Assembly: GCF_000142905.1 (NCBI RefSeq)
Contig: NW_013657652.1
Location: 310,001 to 374,000 of the forward strand
DNA: 64,000 bases
Direction: 5' to 3'
DNA from: Thecamonas trahens ATCC 50062
Lineage: Eukaryota > Protista > Apusomonadida
The notes under the pieces are model-generated. The model saw only the letters and a list, made by a program, of their open reading frames with translations, had not been told where the DNA came from and did no database searches. Positions 1 to 12,132 of the stretch are shown here, piece by piece. Within the stretch, counting starts at the first letter, position 1, and the number at the start of each line of letters is the position of its first letter. The position numbers and the translations under genes were made by a program.

Positions 1-136
1 ACCACCACCACCCAACCTCAGCCCCACACCCACACCACACCCACACCACACCCACACCCCACACCACACATCCCACACCACACCCACACCACACCCACAC
101 CACACCACACCACACCACACCACACACACACACACG
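1..136. repeat. Degenerate C1-3A / (CCACA)n / (CA)n tract directly upstream of the TAF11 ATG
   Basis: Read directly from the sequence. Confidence 0.9.
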
Positions 137-137
137 T

Positions 138-361
138 ATGAGCAAGCGCGAGAGAGAGTCGGACGACGACGCGACAAGCCCTCCGTCCAAGCGGGCACGG
201 CCACTGGAGGACGGCCCACCTCTCGGCTCGGACGACGACGACGACGGTGACGATGACACCGCGCTGAACCCAAGCCTTGATGACGACGACGACAACAACG
301 ATGATGATGACGATGATGACGACGACGACGACGACGACGATGACGACGACGACGACGATGA

Positions 362-396
<35 letters not shown>

Positions 397-1076
397 CAGC
401 GACTAGGCCGTCGGCCCGGCAGGTCCGCTTTGAGGCGCGCGAGGCACACGAAGACCGGAGGAGTAAGAAGAAGAAGAAGAAAAAGAAGAAGAAGAAGAAA
501 AAGAAGAAGCGCAAGAACCGCTGGGGCTCGGACGACGACGACGACGCTGCGCTCTCGGCCGTCCAGTCGCGGCCGAGACGCCAGGCACGGCGGAACGTGT
601 CATATGCCGGAAACTCGGGCTCCGACTCGGACCAAGACGAGGACGAAGACATGGAGGCGCGGATGGCGGAATGGAGCCGACAGGCCGACGAGAACACCGA
701 GCGGTTCATGCTCCTGCAGCAGTTCTCCGACTCTCAGCTCGCCCGCTACGAGGCCTTCCGCCGCTCCAAGCTGCACCAGTCCAAAGTCAAGCGCATCATG
801 GGTTCGGTCTACTCGTCAACCATCCCTCCGGCGGCCTCGATCATTGTCGCAGGTATCACCAAGGTCTTTGTGGGCGAGCTCATCGAGACCGCGCTGCACA
901 TCCAGAACGAGCTCGGTCAGGGCACCAACTTTGACGACAACTCTCCGGGCATCCCGCTCCTTCCCTCGCACGTTCGCGCCGCCTATCGCCGCCTTCGCGC
1001 CAAGGGCGCAGTCCCGCCGTCGACACTCGCCGTCACTGCGCCCGCTGCCCGCGCCCGCGCCAAGCTCCTCGACTAA
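138..1076 (+). CDS. TAF11: TFIID subunit 11 with a long acidic (poly-Asp) and poly-Lys N-terminal extension
   Basis: C-terminal histone fold FSDSQLARYEAFRRSKL...VAGITKVFVGELIETA...PLLPSHVRAAYRRL matches the TAF11 consensus. Confidence 0.92.
282..392 (+). repeat. (GAC/GAT)n trinucleotide repeat encoding poly-Asp in TAF11
   Basis: Read directly from the sequence. Confidence 0.9.
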
Positions 1077-1236
1077 CCCCCTACCCCCCCCCCCCCCCCC
1101 CCCCGCCCCCCCTCACTGCCGCTAAACAAACGTTGTCAACAAATGGGAGTGCCACCTGGTCGGTTCTTGCCACTGCGGCCTGCCTCAGCCACAGCCGCAC
1201 TGCCACGCCAGCCACCCCACTGCGTAGCCGCCTGCC

Positions 1237-3132
1237 ATGTCGTCCTCCGGCCTGCTCTACGCAGACGACTCGTACGACGAGTCGTACTCGTGGATGTACT
1301 TTGCCGAAGACCCCATGCTTGCCTCCTTCTCTGCGTACGCGCCCTTGTCCAGCCTGCTCCTCCCGTGCCCCTGACCCCCCTCCCTTCACCCTCTTCGTCT
1401 CCCCCCTGACCCTTCGGTTTCTGCTGTTGTTCGCTGCCATTTTTTCACTGTTCCTGCCGCCTCCCCTCCCCCCGCCCCTCCCCCTCTCTTTCCACCTGCT
1501 CCCCACCTCCGCACAGCAGTACACCCTCACACCCCATCTCATCCCCTGACTCTTGCCTATAGCTCGCATAACGAGTCCAAGAAAAAGAAGAAGAAGAAGC
1601 GCCGGAAGCACAGCTCGTCCACTGCCGCCGCCGGCTCGTCGGACGCTGACTCTGCCGCAGGCGCATCTTCGGTTGACGCGGCTGCCGTGGCTGCTGCGAC
1701 CGGTGCGTCGCCGTCTTCGCAGCACTCGGTCCACAAGGTCACCACCGTAACCACCGTTACCGAGACCGTCGAGAGCCATGCCGAGTCTGGATCTCGCAAG
1801 CACCGCAAGAAGAAGAAGCACCGCGCTGATCCGAAGCCGGAGGCCGAGCCGGTCGATGACGTCCCGCGTGCCACGTCGCCCAAGCGCATGCGCAAGCGCA
1901 AGAAGCGACCGGAGGAGAAGGCCACCGCTCTCGCTGCTACCGCTCTCGCTCCCGAGCCTGAGAATGAGACTGAGGCTGAAGCCGAAGACTCGGCGCCAAC
2001 CGCCGATGCCGAGAGCTCGCGCAAGAAGAAGCGCAAGCACAAGTCCCGCAAGTCGTCCGCTGAAGACTCGTCAGTCATCACCAGCACCACCACCAAGACC
2101 ACCGAGGTGCTCACGACCTCATCTGCCGCCGCCGCTGCCGCCGCCAAGCCCGAGACTTCCGAGCCCGAGTCCGAGTCCAAGAAGCGCCGCAAGAAGAAGA
2201 AGAAGCATCGCCACGCCGAGCCGGAGCACGCTCCCGAGCCCACACCTGAGCCCGAGACTGCCGAGGCCGAGTCCGAGTCCAAGAAGCGCCGCAAGAAGAA
2301 GAAGCATCGCCACGCCGAGCCCGAGCACGCTCCCGAGCCCACACCTGAGCCCGAGGCCGAGTCGGCATCGACCAAGTCGCGCAAGAAGAAGCGCAAGCAC
2401 CGCTCACACGCTGCTGCTGACGCCGACGCTGCTCCGTCACCGGCTTCAGAGATGGTCGAGACCGTGACCACCACCGTGACCACCGAGGTTTTGAGCGACA
2501 GTGGCGACGGTGCGTCACCGGCGTCATCCAAGAAGAAGAAGAAGAAGCGCCGCCATCACCGCTCGGCCTCGGCCTCGGCTTCTGACGACGGCTCGACCAA
2601 GCGCCGCCGCCATCACCGCCGCCACCGCTCGACGCCATCCGACGACGCCGCGCCGTCGCCCGCTGCTTCGGCCTCGGCCACCAACGACGACCTCAGCTCG
2701 TCCAAGAAGAAGAAGAAGAAGAAGCGCCATCACCGCAGCCACCGCTCCGGCGCAGGCGCCTCGTCCGTTGACGCTTCGGCCGAGTCGGATGTTGAGTCGA
2801 CGTCGTCGACCCGCCGCCGCCACCACCGCGGCCACCGCAAGCGCAAGGCTGCCGCCGCTGCTGCTGCTGCTGCTGCTGCCGAGGCTGCCAAGGCCCCGGC
2901 CTCGCCGGCCTCCTCAGCCTCATCGCCGGGCAAGGTCACCAAGAAGACCGTTGAGACTATCACCACCACCGTCATCCAGACCGAGGATGGTGCTTCTGTC
3001 TCGCGCCGCAAGCGCAAGAAGAAGTCATCGGCCAAGGCTCCGTCGCCCATTCCGGACAATGCCTCTGCCGGCTCGCCCTCCTCTTCGCGCAAGCACAAGA
3101 AGCGCCGCCATCGCTCCTCAAAGGCTGCATAA
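1237..3132 (+). CDS. Lys/Arg/His/Ser-rich low-complexity basic protein; join(1237..1334,1563..3132)
   Basis: ATG at 1237; intron GTACGC (1335) to CCTGAC...TAG (1562) splices in frame into ORF 1687..3132. Repeated poly-K/RH blocks and a duplicated KKRRKKKKHRHAEPEHAPEPTPEPE unit. Confidence 0.75.
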
Positions 3133-3307
3133 CTTGCCAACTTGTAAACGTGGACCACCTCGCATGCGCCGTGTTCCTATCACTTGTCGGTTCACTTGCC
3201 GCAACATACGCCCGCTCGCCACCTCACACCGCACGCGCACGCCTCTCTCCTCCAACCCACCTCCTCCAACCCACCTCCACATAACCACATCCACCTCGGC
3301 GCCCCAC

Positions 3308-6300
3308 ATGGCAAGCCACGAGGGTACGCGTCCCCCCCCCCCGTCCCTTCCCCACTGCACCCCCCCTCCCCCTCCCCCTCCACTCACACTCGCCTCCCCA
3401 AACAGACACCCGGCAGGAGCTCCTGACCAAGCTCAAGGTGGCCGTGGACATTCTGCTGGAGGTCGGTAGCGACGGGACCGAGATCACAGATGCTTCACTC
3501 GAGCTACGGTACTTTTGCCAGGTCTTTGAGGACATTCTCCGCTGTGGCTTTCGCGTCAAACGCGGCTGGGCCTCGCGCAAGAAGGACTACTGGTCGTTCA
3601 TTGCCAACATCGCCGACGTCTATCCCGAGTCGCGCAACGCCGTAACCAACGTCCTGCACCTAACAGAAGTCAAGACAAACCAAGGCCGTGGCCGCGCCTG
3701 GTTCCGCAACGCCCTCATCGAGGGCAAGCTTGCCGAGTACATGACCGTCCTCCTCGCTGATCCCGAGCTTGTCGACAAATGGTACGAGCCTGAGGCCCTG
3801 TTCCAGCACCGCGAAGACGTCGCAGAGGTCATTCTTGTTGTTTCTCAGCTCAACGCTCTCCACTTTTCGCTCTGCGCAAAGGACGTCGACCTCGACAAGA
3901 CCTGGAAGGCCATCGACCAGTCCGAGGTCCTGCGCGGTGCCCGCGAGCGCGCTGCCTCCCGCGCCACCGTTCCGCCAAGACCGCTGCCAGTGGCGCCCGA
4001 GTCAGCAGCCCCAGCCGAGCATGCTGTCGAGCCGGCTGTCGAGCCAACAGCTGAGCACGCCGCTGCTACCAACGCCGTCCTCACCGCCCCAAAGCCGACG
4101 CCTTCGCGCCCGCTGCCTTCGCCGCGCGACCTCGACGAGCTTGGTCCGCCGGTTGCCCCGCTCACCTGGCAGTCAATGACGCCGGTCAAGTCCAAGCCGA
4201 GCAAGAAAAAGAAGCGGAAGAAGAAGCGGAGCGACGACGATGACGACGACGAGGAGCCCGACGGCGCCGATGAGCTGGACAACAAGTCCGAAGCTGCGCC
4301 GGTGCCCGCGGCTACGCCCGCATCTGCACCCGAGCCTGTGGCGTCAGACGCTCATCTTGCCCGCTTGGCTGCGGCAGAAGCCGGCGAGGCCAAGGCCCGC
4401 TCGGATCTTGAGCAAGCGCTCGCGGAGCACGCTGATCGCGTCGCTGAGCTCGATGCGCAGCACAAGGCCGAGCTCGAAGCAGCAATGGCGGCAGCGGCGG
4501 CAGCAGCTGCCTCTAGCGAAGAGACAGCTGTTCAGCTCAATGCCACCAATGTCCAGCTGACCGCCAAGGCAGATGCGCTGGTCGCAACCGAGTCCGAGCG
4601 CGACACCCTCCGGGCCAAGCTTGACACGCTCCGTTTCGAGTCCGAGACAGCAGCCACTGAGGCTGCTGACGCGGTGGCGGCGCTGCAGGCGAGCCTCGAC
4701 CGGAGCGCCGGTCAACTCGCCGAGTCCGAAGCCGAGCGGTTCCAAGTTCGTGCGCAGCTCACTGCCATGACTGCCGAGCGCGACGCTGCCCGCGCGACGG
4801 CTGCAGAGCTGCAGGCCAAGATCGAGGCACAAGCCGAGCTCATGAGCTCGCTCCAGGCGCTTGCCGCCGGCGAGCTTCCGGCGACTGTCGACTCTACCGG
4901 CCCTCCTGTCGCCGACGACGGAACTCGGCCCGAGTCGGGCATGTGGGCCATGATTGTCGCCCTGCAATCGGGGCTCAACCACACTCGCAAGGAGCTCGCG
5001 GCAGCGCGTGCCGACCTGGCCTCGGCCCGTAACGAGGGCGTCCAGTCATGGCTGGCTGCCCTCGGCAAGCCATTTGTCGAGCTGCAAGCTGCACTCCTTT
5101 CCACCCATGACGCGGCGGATGACGACGTTGGAGGCACTGATGGTGCTCCCTGCTCCTGCGGCTGGGAGCGTTGCGCTGACAAGCTACGCGCCGAGCGCAA
5201 TGAGCTTGAGCGGCGAATGCGAGCAATATCCGAGCTCGGCGAGGAGAACAAAAAGCGCAAGCGGAAGGATCTCGAGCTGCAGGCTGCCGCAGCCGCTGAG
5301 CTGCAAGAGACACACGCCGCGACGGTCCAGGAGTGCACCATGCTCCGGCTCTCACTCGAGTCGATGGCAACCAAATTGGAGGCCTCGTCCAACATGCAGG
5401 TCCAGCTCCGTGCCGCCAAGCAAATGGCGGATGATGCCGCCAAAGAGATCGGCACCCGGTTGGCGGACACCCTCACCGAGCTCACCGCAGTGCAGACCCA
5501 GTACGCGTCGCTGCTGGAGAGCCAGAGCGGGGTGGGTGCAACTGATAGCCTCGCTGGCTCGTCGGCTGCTCTCGAAGCCGTCTCGGAACTTACGAGGAAG
5601 AACAATCAGCTCGAGGCAGAGCTTGAAGCTATTCGGTCCGAGAGCGAGGCCAGCGCGCGTGCGCTCGGCGAGACCCGGGCCGACGTTGCCTTGCTGGAAA
5701 GCAAGGTGGCAAGCCACGCTGAGACCGAGCGGGCTCTGGCAGCAGCACAGGACGAGCTGGCACTCTCACGGACGTCGGCAGCGCAGTTGCGTGAGCGAAT
5801 CTCGTCGCTGCAAGCCCGGGTCGAGGCGCGCCAAGACGAGCTGGCGGCCACACGCAAGGCGCTTACCGATGAGCACACCGCGCTGCGGACCGAACTTGAG
5901 AGCGTCATTGCGGGCCTGCGGTCCGAGGTTGCTGCATACAAGGACCAACTCTCGTCATACCGCGAGTCGCTCGCCGAGCTAGAGGACTTCCGTGCGCAGG
6001 TGGCATCGTCGCAAGAAGTTGTCAACGCTGTCAAGGTCGAAAGCCGCGAGGCGCTGGCGAGGTCGCGCGAGGCGTCGAGCCTCCTCGAGGCTGCGCTGGC
6101 CAAGATGGAGGCGCGGGTGGTTGAGCTCGAGGCTGCGTTGACCGCTGAGCGTGAGAAGACGGTGAAGCTGGAGGCTGCGGCCGCCACCGCTCACGAGCGG
6201 GCTGCTGCTGAGGCTGCCAACGTCGAGGCAGTCAAAGCTGCTTGTCTCGAGCTCAAGGCACACATCCTCGAGCTCCGCAAGAGCCACGCTGCCGAGTCTA

Positions 6301-6761
6301 CAGGCCTCAAGAGCGAGTTGGCGACTGCGCGCGCTGCTGCTGCCGCCGCCGCAGCTGACAATGCGACCATGGTCGGCAAGCTCGCTGATGCCGAGCGGTC
6401 GCTGAGCAAGCTCGCGGTCCGCAAGGCCGCGCTCCTCAACGAGGTCTCTCGGCTGGAGAGTGAGTTGGAGCTGGCAACGGCCGAAGCTGACGATGTCCGG
6501 GCGCGTGCGCACCGTGGATGGATGGACAACTCGGAGACCGACGCGTGTGTGTGCGGCGCCAAGTTTACGCTTACCCGGCGGAAGCACCACTGCCGCCACT
6601 GTGGGCTCATCTACTGCGCCGAGTGCTCGCCGCACAAGCTCCCGCTGGCGGGGTCGCGGAACCCGGTCCGTGTCTGCACGACGTGCCACACTGCGCTCAC
6701 CACGCCATCGACCGCCAGTCTGGCCAAGCGCCTTCCGAGCTCCTCTACCGCCATCCGCTGA
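3308..6761 (+). CDS. RUN and FYVE domain protein (RUFY-like); join(3308..3323,3406..6761)
   Basis: RUN domain (FEDILRCG...GRGRAWFRNAL...WYEPEALF), long coiled coil, FYVE (WMDN...C.CGAKFTLTRRKHHCRHCG...RVC). Intron GTACGC (3324) to AACAG (3405) gives MASHEDTRQELL. Confidence 0.9.
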
Positions 6762-7641
6762 CGACCGCGTCGTAGACCTCGTCCGGTGACGAGAGCTGGC
6801 CGTCCCGGAACGCCGCCAGCGCCGCAGCTTTGGCCGCGTGCAGCGCGCTCGCTGCAGCCTTGCGGTCGTCGCCTTGCCCGAGCCCACGCATCACCGCCGT
6901 AAACGCACGCCGCGATGCCAGATCAGCTTGGTGCGCGAGGTTGGCGGCAGTTACGGCCGCCGCCGCAGCGGCAGCGGCAGCAGCCTCGGCCTCGGCCGCC
7001 GCCCGTCCGTCGACTGTGAGTGGGAGACTCGCCACCGGCGGGCTCGCCAGCCACTCTACCAGCGGAGCGGTCAGCGCCGGATCATCGACGTTGGGATGCA
7101 TGGGCAGCGTTATCAGGGCGCCATGCGTCTCGGCCGTGGTCGGCGGCTCGAATCGGGCGGCCATGGTGGCGACCACTGCGTCCGGCACCCGAGCAAGACC
7201 TGTTCGCGCCGCATTGGCGGCGGCGGCGTCGTCGAGCGTGTCGCCTGCAGCAAGGTACAGGTAACCCAGGCCGAGCACCAGCGCATCGTTGTGGCGCTCG
7301 GCGGCCTCGGCCACTCTGCGTGCGACATCGCGGCGCATGGACGCATAGTACGCATTGTCATCAACGATGACGAGCCGCGGTCCGTCGTCGGGGTCGGCTG
7401 CGAGCGCCTCCGCCAGAAGACCATCCAGCGCCTCTGCTCTCGCCGCGCGCCAGAGCTCGGGCGCAAAGCCATCGGTACCGCAGCCACCACTGCTGGCATC
7501 GGCATCGAGAGCATTGGCGTAGACGGCGTCAACGTCGATAACCACCCCGCCGTGGGCGTCGGCGACAGCCGCCGCCAGCGTCGACTTGCCCACCGCCGGC
7601 AGGCCAACCATGCAAAGAACGAGGCGGGTGGGCATTGCCAT
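6745..7641 (-). CDS. PSTK: O-phosphoseryl-tRNA(Sec) kinase
   Basis: P-loop MVGLPAVGKST, IVDDNAYYASMR, RVPDAVVATMAARFEPP and C-terminal HQADLASRR match eukaryotic PSTK motifs. Confidence 0.8.
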   Translation of the reverse strand: MAMPTRLVLCMVGLPAVGKSTLAAAVADAHGGVVIDVDAVYANALDADASSGGCGTDGFAPELWRAARAEALDGLLAEALAADPDDGPRLVIVDDNAYYASMRRDVARRVAEAAERHNDALVLGLGYLYLAAGDTLDDAAAANAARTGLARVPDAVVATMAARFEPPTTAETHGALITLPMHPNVDDPALTAPLVEWLASPPVASLPLTVDGRAAAEAEAAAAAAAAAAVTAANLAHQADLASRRAFTAVMRGLGQGDDRKAAASALHAAKAAALAAFRDGQLSSPDEVYDAVVSGWR

Positions 7642-7659
7642 GGCGGTGAAGAGGAGGTG

Positions 7660-7950
7660 AGGCGAGGCGAGGCGAGGCGAGGCGAGGCGAGGCGAGGCGA
7701 GGCGAGGCGAGTCGGTAGGAGCGAGGCGGCAGCAGCAGTGGCAGGGGCAAGCCAAAGCGGAGGTAGCAGTGGCAGGGGCAAGCCAAAGCGGAGGTGGTGA
7801 TTTGGCAGGGTCAGGTCGGGCCACTGTGTCCAGGCACTGACTGGCACAGGCGCAGGCACAGGCACTGACTGGCACAGGCGCAGGCACAGGCACAGGCACA
7901 GGCTTCCGCCCTCACACCACACCGCACCACACCACACCACACCACACCCT
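7660..7950. repeat. Composite tandem-repeat spacer: (GAGGC)n at ~7660-7710, 31-bp unit x2 (7734-7795), 28-bp unit x2 (7831-7886), (CAGGCA)n, (CCACA)n
   Basis: Units AGCAGTGGCAGGGGCAAGCCAAAGCGGAGGT and CAGGCACTGACTGGCACAGGCGCAGGCA read directly. Confidence 0.9.
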
Positions 7951-7962
7951 CCTCATCCTTCC

Positions 7963-8928
7963 ATGAAGTGGTCCGTGCTCTCCCGGGAGGCCAAAGTGTT
8001 TGTGGGCCTGGTGGCCGTCGAGGCCGTCACCGTCGCCGCCCTCACCGTGCAAGACCTCGTGGCCAACGCGCCGTGGACGGCCGCCAACCGGTTCCACTAC
8101 GAGTTTGGCATCTTGTTCCTTGTCTGTACCCTGGCAGCGGCGTACTTTGGCATTTCGGGAGCGGTGCGCGAAAATGCGCTTGAGCTGGCCATCTTCTGCT
8201 TTGCGCTCCTCCTCGCCGATGTCTACGTCCTCTACGCCATCATCTCGCCGGGCGCCGAGGCCCGCGGTGGCAAGGTCTCGCCGCACTCGCCGGCGGCGTA
8301 CATCCGCGTTGTGCTCGTTTCGCTCGCCACGATCGCCTCACTTCCGGCATCTTATGTGGTGCATCAGGCCTTTGGCTGGCGGGCGTACAAGACCGTGGGG
8401 GCTTCGGTGGAGATGACCACGCTGTACGAGCGGTATGTGCTCCTCATGGGCTCGCTCAAGCTCGACGCGCTCGTCTCGTTCATCACCCTGTACATTGCGG
8501 GCATGACGCTGCTCCACGAGCGCGGCCTCATCGCCGACTCCATTGCGCTTGTGGTGACGTGGGCTGGGCTGGCGGCGGCGGCGTACGGCGCGCGGCATGA
8601 GTCGCGCAAGGCTGTCGCCGTCTTCTTTGTCATTGCTGTTCTCGAGCCGGCGTACATTGTGTGGAAGCTGGTCGACTACTCGCACCACGAGCAAGAGTAC
8701 AACTCTCGGATCCGCTACATCCACTCGCTCATGACTATGGGCGTTGTGACTCTCGTTGTTCGTGCTGCCTCGTGCCTCCTCCTCGCACGCACCAGCCTCG
8801 GCTTTGGTCGCGGCCTGGACGACGCGCTCGGCCGCGCCGAGCGCTCTCGCGTCGACGAGTCGTCGTCGTTTGGCATCAACGTCTCGGCTTCGGGCACCAT
8901 CACTGCTTACCCGGGCCTGCCGTCGTAG
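7963..8928 (+). CDS. Multi-pass membrane protein, UPF0658 (Golgi membrane protein)-like
   Basis: About 7-8 hydrophobic segments; motifs AVRENALEL and AFGWRAYKTVGAS...YERY...LKLD resemble the family's FGW..YK..GAD...LKFD motif. Confidence 0.65.
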   Translation: MKWSVLSREAKVFVGLVAVEAVTVAALTVQDLVANAPWTAANRFHYEFGILFLVCTLAAAYFGISGAVRENALELAIFCFALLLADVYVLYAIISPGAEARGGKVSPHSPAAYIRVVLVSLATIASLPASYVVHQAFGWRAYKTVGASVEMTTLYERYVLLMGSLKLDALVSFITLYIAGMTLLHERGLIADSIALVVTWAGLAAAAYGARHESRKAVAVFFVIAVLEPAYIVWKLVDYSHHEQEYNSRIRYIHSLMTMGVVTLVVRAASCLLLARTSLGFGRGLDDALGRAERSRVDESSSFGINVSASGTITAYPGLPS

Positions 8929-9994
8929 CCAGCACCTCTTCCACCGACGCCGCGAGCTCGAGGTACCGCTGTCGCTCGTCGTCAAGCTGCTCCTGCAGCC
9001 GCGCGCGCGACATGTCGGCAGCGTTGCGCGCGCTCCGTGCGAGCTCGGCCTCGCGGGCCGCATTGGTCGCCGCAGCCTCGGCCGCCACCGCGCGCGCTAT
9101 CGCGCTGGCCGCAGCCCGCTCAGCGTCAGCTGCCGCCGCCCGCGCGCCCTTTTCCGATGCCTGGCTCTGAAACAGTGCGGTCTCGAGCTCCGACTTGAGT
9201 GCGGCTAGCCCGGCGCTGGCCTCGTGCTGTGCAATGAGCTTGTGCTTGAGCGTGCTGCTTGCCTTTTCCAGCCGCTGCAGGCCCTCGCGCATCTCGCCCA
9301 CCTCGCACTCCAACTCGGACAGCTTGGCCGCTGCTTCAGACTGCTGGCTCGTCAGCGTCTCTATCCGCAGCAGCGCTTCGCCCATCTTGCGCCGCTCGCG
9401 CGAGAGTCTGAGTTTGAGTTCAGTGAGCTCGCCGGCGCTGCTGCTGACAGCGGGCATGGCGCTCGAGGCCCGGCCTGCGTCCGCGAGCTCGGCGCCGAGC
9501 TTCTGAAGGACGGCCAGCGACGGCAAAGCTGCCTCGACCGCCGCGTTTGCAAGCGCATTGAGCCCGCTCCGCGCCACCAGCGGAGACGCCAACTCGCTCG
9601 GCTCGGGCGGCGCGTCGACAAACCGCGGGAGCGGTACGGTGTTCGCCACGGCGATGCCGGCCGCAAACGCTGCTGCCTCGACTGCCTGCTCTGCCTGTGC
9701 CTGCAGCTGCTTGGACAGGCCGTCGACCTGGCGCAGCGCATCCTCGACCGCCTGCAGCACGTCGACGTTGTCGTGCTCGCCCTCGCCCTCGCCCTCGCCG
9801 TCGCGATCACGATCACGATCGTCGCCCGGCGGCGGCGCGCCCCCCCCCGCGGGGGTGAGCTGTGGAGGCTTGGCGCCCGACGAGACTGGATGCGGGGGGG
9901 TAAAGACGTTGGTAGTACGGAGGGCAAGCGGGAGCCGCTGAGGCAGCGGTGCCGGGCGCGCTGGCGGGGACGACAGAGTGCGATGCGAGCTCAT
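8900..9994 (-). CDS. Hypothetical coiled-coil protein
   Basis: 364-aa ORF with host-like codon usage and an A/E/L/R heptad-rich C-terminal half. Confidence 0.7.
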   Translation of the reverse strand: MSSHRTLSSPPARPAPLPQRLPLALRTTNVFTPPHPVSSGAKPPQLTPAGGGAPPPGDDRDRDRDGEGEGEGEHDNVDVLQAVEDALRQVDGLSKQLQAQAEQAVEAAAFAAGIAVANTVPLPRFVDAPPEPSELASPLVARSGLNALANAAVEAALPSLAVLQKLGAELADAGRASSAMPAVSSSAGELTELKLRLSRERRKMGEALLRIETLTSQQSEAAAKLSELECEVGEMREGLQRLEKASSTLKHKLIAQHEASAGLAALKSELETALFQSQASEKGARAAAADAERAAASAIARAVAAEAAATNAAREAELARSARNAADMSRARLQEQLDDERQRYLELAASVEEVLATTAGPGKQ

Positions 9995-10131
9995 GGGAGG
10001 AGCGAAAGTCGGGTGGGGCAGGTGGCCGGCGCAGAGGAAAAGGTCGTGAAAGTGGGAGGCGAGGCGGGGGTGGCAGGAGCGCGGCAGGAGAGCACACTTG
10101 GCGCAGGCAGCGAGCGAGGAAGCGAGTGAAA

Positions 10132-11391
10132 ATGAAGCTCAAGCGGTTCCTACTGCGGTACTACCCTCCGGGGATCATTCTGGAGTACGAGAAGCACGAG
10201 GTGCGGCGGACCAAGTCGCTGGACCTGCTGACCCTAGACGCGGCGACGGAGACCGGGCGGCTTGCCGCGCAGCTTGTGGCGCAGGAGCCGCTGATTTCCG
10301 CCTCACGGACGCCGCGGGTGGAGGCGCTGCTGGAGCGGCTCGTGGCGCGGGCCGAGGCTGACAATCAGTTCCGGCCGTACGGCCTGTTCAAGGTCCTGCG
10401 GACGCACATCCTCCCGCTGACCAACTGCGAGTTTAACAAGGACGGCTCGCGGGTGGTCTCAGGCTCGTACGACCGGACGGCGCGAGTGTACGATACGGCG
10501 GACGGAGCCGAGGTGGCGGTGCTGGAGGGCCACGCCAACGTGGTGTATGCGGTGGCGTACAACAACCCGTACGGCTCGCTCGTCGCCACGGGCTCGTTCG
10601 ACAAGACGGCCAAGCTCTGGTCACCGGCGACCGGCGAGTGCAAGGCGACGCTAACCGGGCACGAGGCCGAGGTCGTGTGTGTCAAGTTCAATCCATCGTC
10701 TACTCTGCTGGCGACTGGGTCGATGGAGGCAGCGGCGCTTGTGTGGGACGTCGAGACCGGAACGCCACTCTTCGAGCTGGCCGACCACGCCGGCGAGGTC
10801 TTTGCGCTCTCGTTCAACACCGAGGGCTCACTCATTCTCACAGGCTCATTTGATGGGACGGTCAAGGTGTGGGACGTCCGCGACGGCTCGCTCGTCACCA
10901 CCTTTGCCGGCCACGCCAAGGAGATCTCGGCATGCTCGTTCAACTACGCATCCGACGCTGTCCTCACCGGCTCCATCGACGGGACCGCGAGGGTATGGGA
11001 CATGCGTGCGCGCGACTGCCTCGCCACGCTGGGTGGACACACCGGCGAGGTGCTCGACGCGCGATTCTCGCCCTCGGGCGCCGCCATTGCCACGGCCTCG
11101 TCCGACGCCACCGTCCGAACCTACGCCGCCGCCACCCTCGAGTGCACCGCCGTCCTCGAGGGCCACTCCAACGAGGTCTCCACGGTCGCTTTCAACCCGG
11201 CCGGCAACCGCGTGCTCTCGGCCTCGGCTGACGCCACTGCACGCGTCTGGGACGCCGCTTCGGGCAAGTGCTTGCAGGTCCTCGATGGCCACACCGAGGA
11301 GATCTTCTCCACCCAGTTCAACTACTCGGGCTCGACCATCATCACCGCCTCGCAAGACAACACGTGCCGGATCTGGAAGACTGCCGAGTAG
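10132..11391 (+). CDS. DAW1: Dynein assembly factor with WD repeats 1 (ODA16/WDR69)
   Basis: Diagnostic N-terminus [19 protein letters not shown]; [12 protein letters not shown]; about 8 WD40 repeats. Confidence 0.96.
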   Translation: MKLKRFLLRYYPPGIILEYEKHEVRRTKSLDLLTLDAATETGRLAAQLVAQEPLISASRTPRVEALLERLVARAEADNQFRPYGLFKVLRTHILPLTNCEFNKDGSRVVSGSYDRTARVYDTADGAEVAVLEGHANVVYAVAYNNPYGSLVATGSFDKTAKLWSPATGECKATLTGHEAEVVCVKFNPSSTLLATGSMEAAALVWDVETGTPLFELADHAGEVFALSFNTEGSLILTGSFDGTVKVWDVRDGSLVTTFAGHAKEISACSFNYASDAVLTGSIDGTARVWDMRARDCLATLGGHTGEVLDARFSPSGAAIATASSDATVRTYAAATLECTAVLEGHSNEVSTVAFNPAGNRVLSASADATARVWDAASGKCLQVLDGHTEEIFSTQFNYSGSTIITASQDNTCRIWKTAE

Positions 11392-11415
11392 CCCGTCGGA
11401 GCGAGCAAACGCGCT

Positions 11416-11901
11416 TCACCCAAACAGCCGCGCCTTGCGGTGCGAGAGCGAGAGATCCATGGTAGCCTTCCACGACTCAAACGAGGCGTCATCGCGGACG
11501 TTGAGCAGCTGCTTGTGAACTGGCTCGGGATCTTGGGCCGGGTTGATCGACGCGGACGCGTCTGCCGAGAGCGGGAGGAACCGGAAGGGATAGACCTGAT
11601 GCGCCTCTGCAGGCGTCCGCTGCGCGTACAGCGCCTCTTTCCGCCGGTAGAGCAAGTACGCCAGCCTGTCGAGCTCCACGATGTTCTGCACGTGCGGGTT
11701 GGTCGCATGCGGCGGCGCAGACGTCGACGCCGTCGACCATCCGCCACCAGGCGTCACCGTACCCGACCGAGCCGTGCCCAGCTCGGACCGCGGTGCCACC
11801 GAGGGCGTCGGGCCCTCGCTCGCCCGCCCTGTCGCCGATGACGGAATGGGCGGCTTGCGTGCCGACGCCGCCGCCGTTCCAGGTGTCGACCGAGAGGCCA
11901 T
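11416..11901 (-). CDS. Hypothetical protein (~161 aa)
   Basis: ATG at 11901 after a C-rich tract; disordered N-terminus, ordered-looking C-terminal part; fills the gap between neighbours. Confidence 0.6.
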   Translation of the reverse strand: MASRSTPGTAAASARKPPIPSSATGRASEGPTPSVAPRSELGTARSGTVTPGGGWSTASTSAPPHATNPHVQNIVELDRLAYLLYRRKEALYAQRTPAEAHQVYPFRFLPLSADASASINPAQDPEPVHKQLLNVRDDASFESWKATMDLSLSHRKARLFG

Positions 11902-12132
11902 ATGCAAGCTCTTGTGGGGGGGGAGGGGGCAAGTGGCGTGTGTTGCGGTGGTGGTGCTGCTGCTGGTGGTGGAGGAGGAGCCAATGTTCGGTGCGTGGTG
12001 GCCTCGTGCCGACCGACCGCCCCGACCACCCAACCGGACCACCAAGTGGTCACGTGACAGACACAAGGACCAGGCCGGCTCGGTGATCTGAGTGCTCAGC
12101 ACCCAGTGCCACTCTTCTTACTCTTCCGACAG

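Noticed and set aside
1-136. Telomere
   Set aside because: The tract is irregular, abuts the TAF11 ATG, and similar tracts occur internally throughout the window.
7734-7886. CRISPR-like array (28-31 bp repeats)
   Set aside because: Direct tandem copies without spacers, eukaryotic context and no cas genes.
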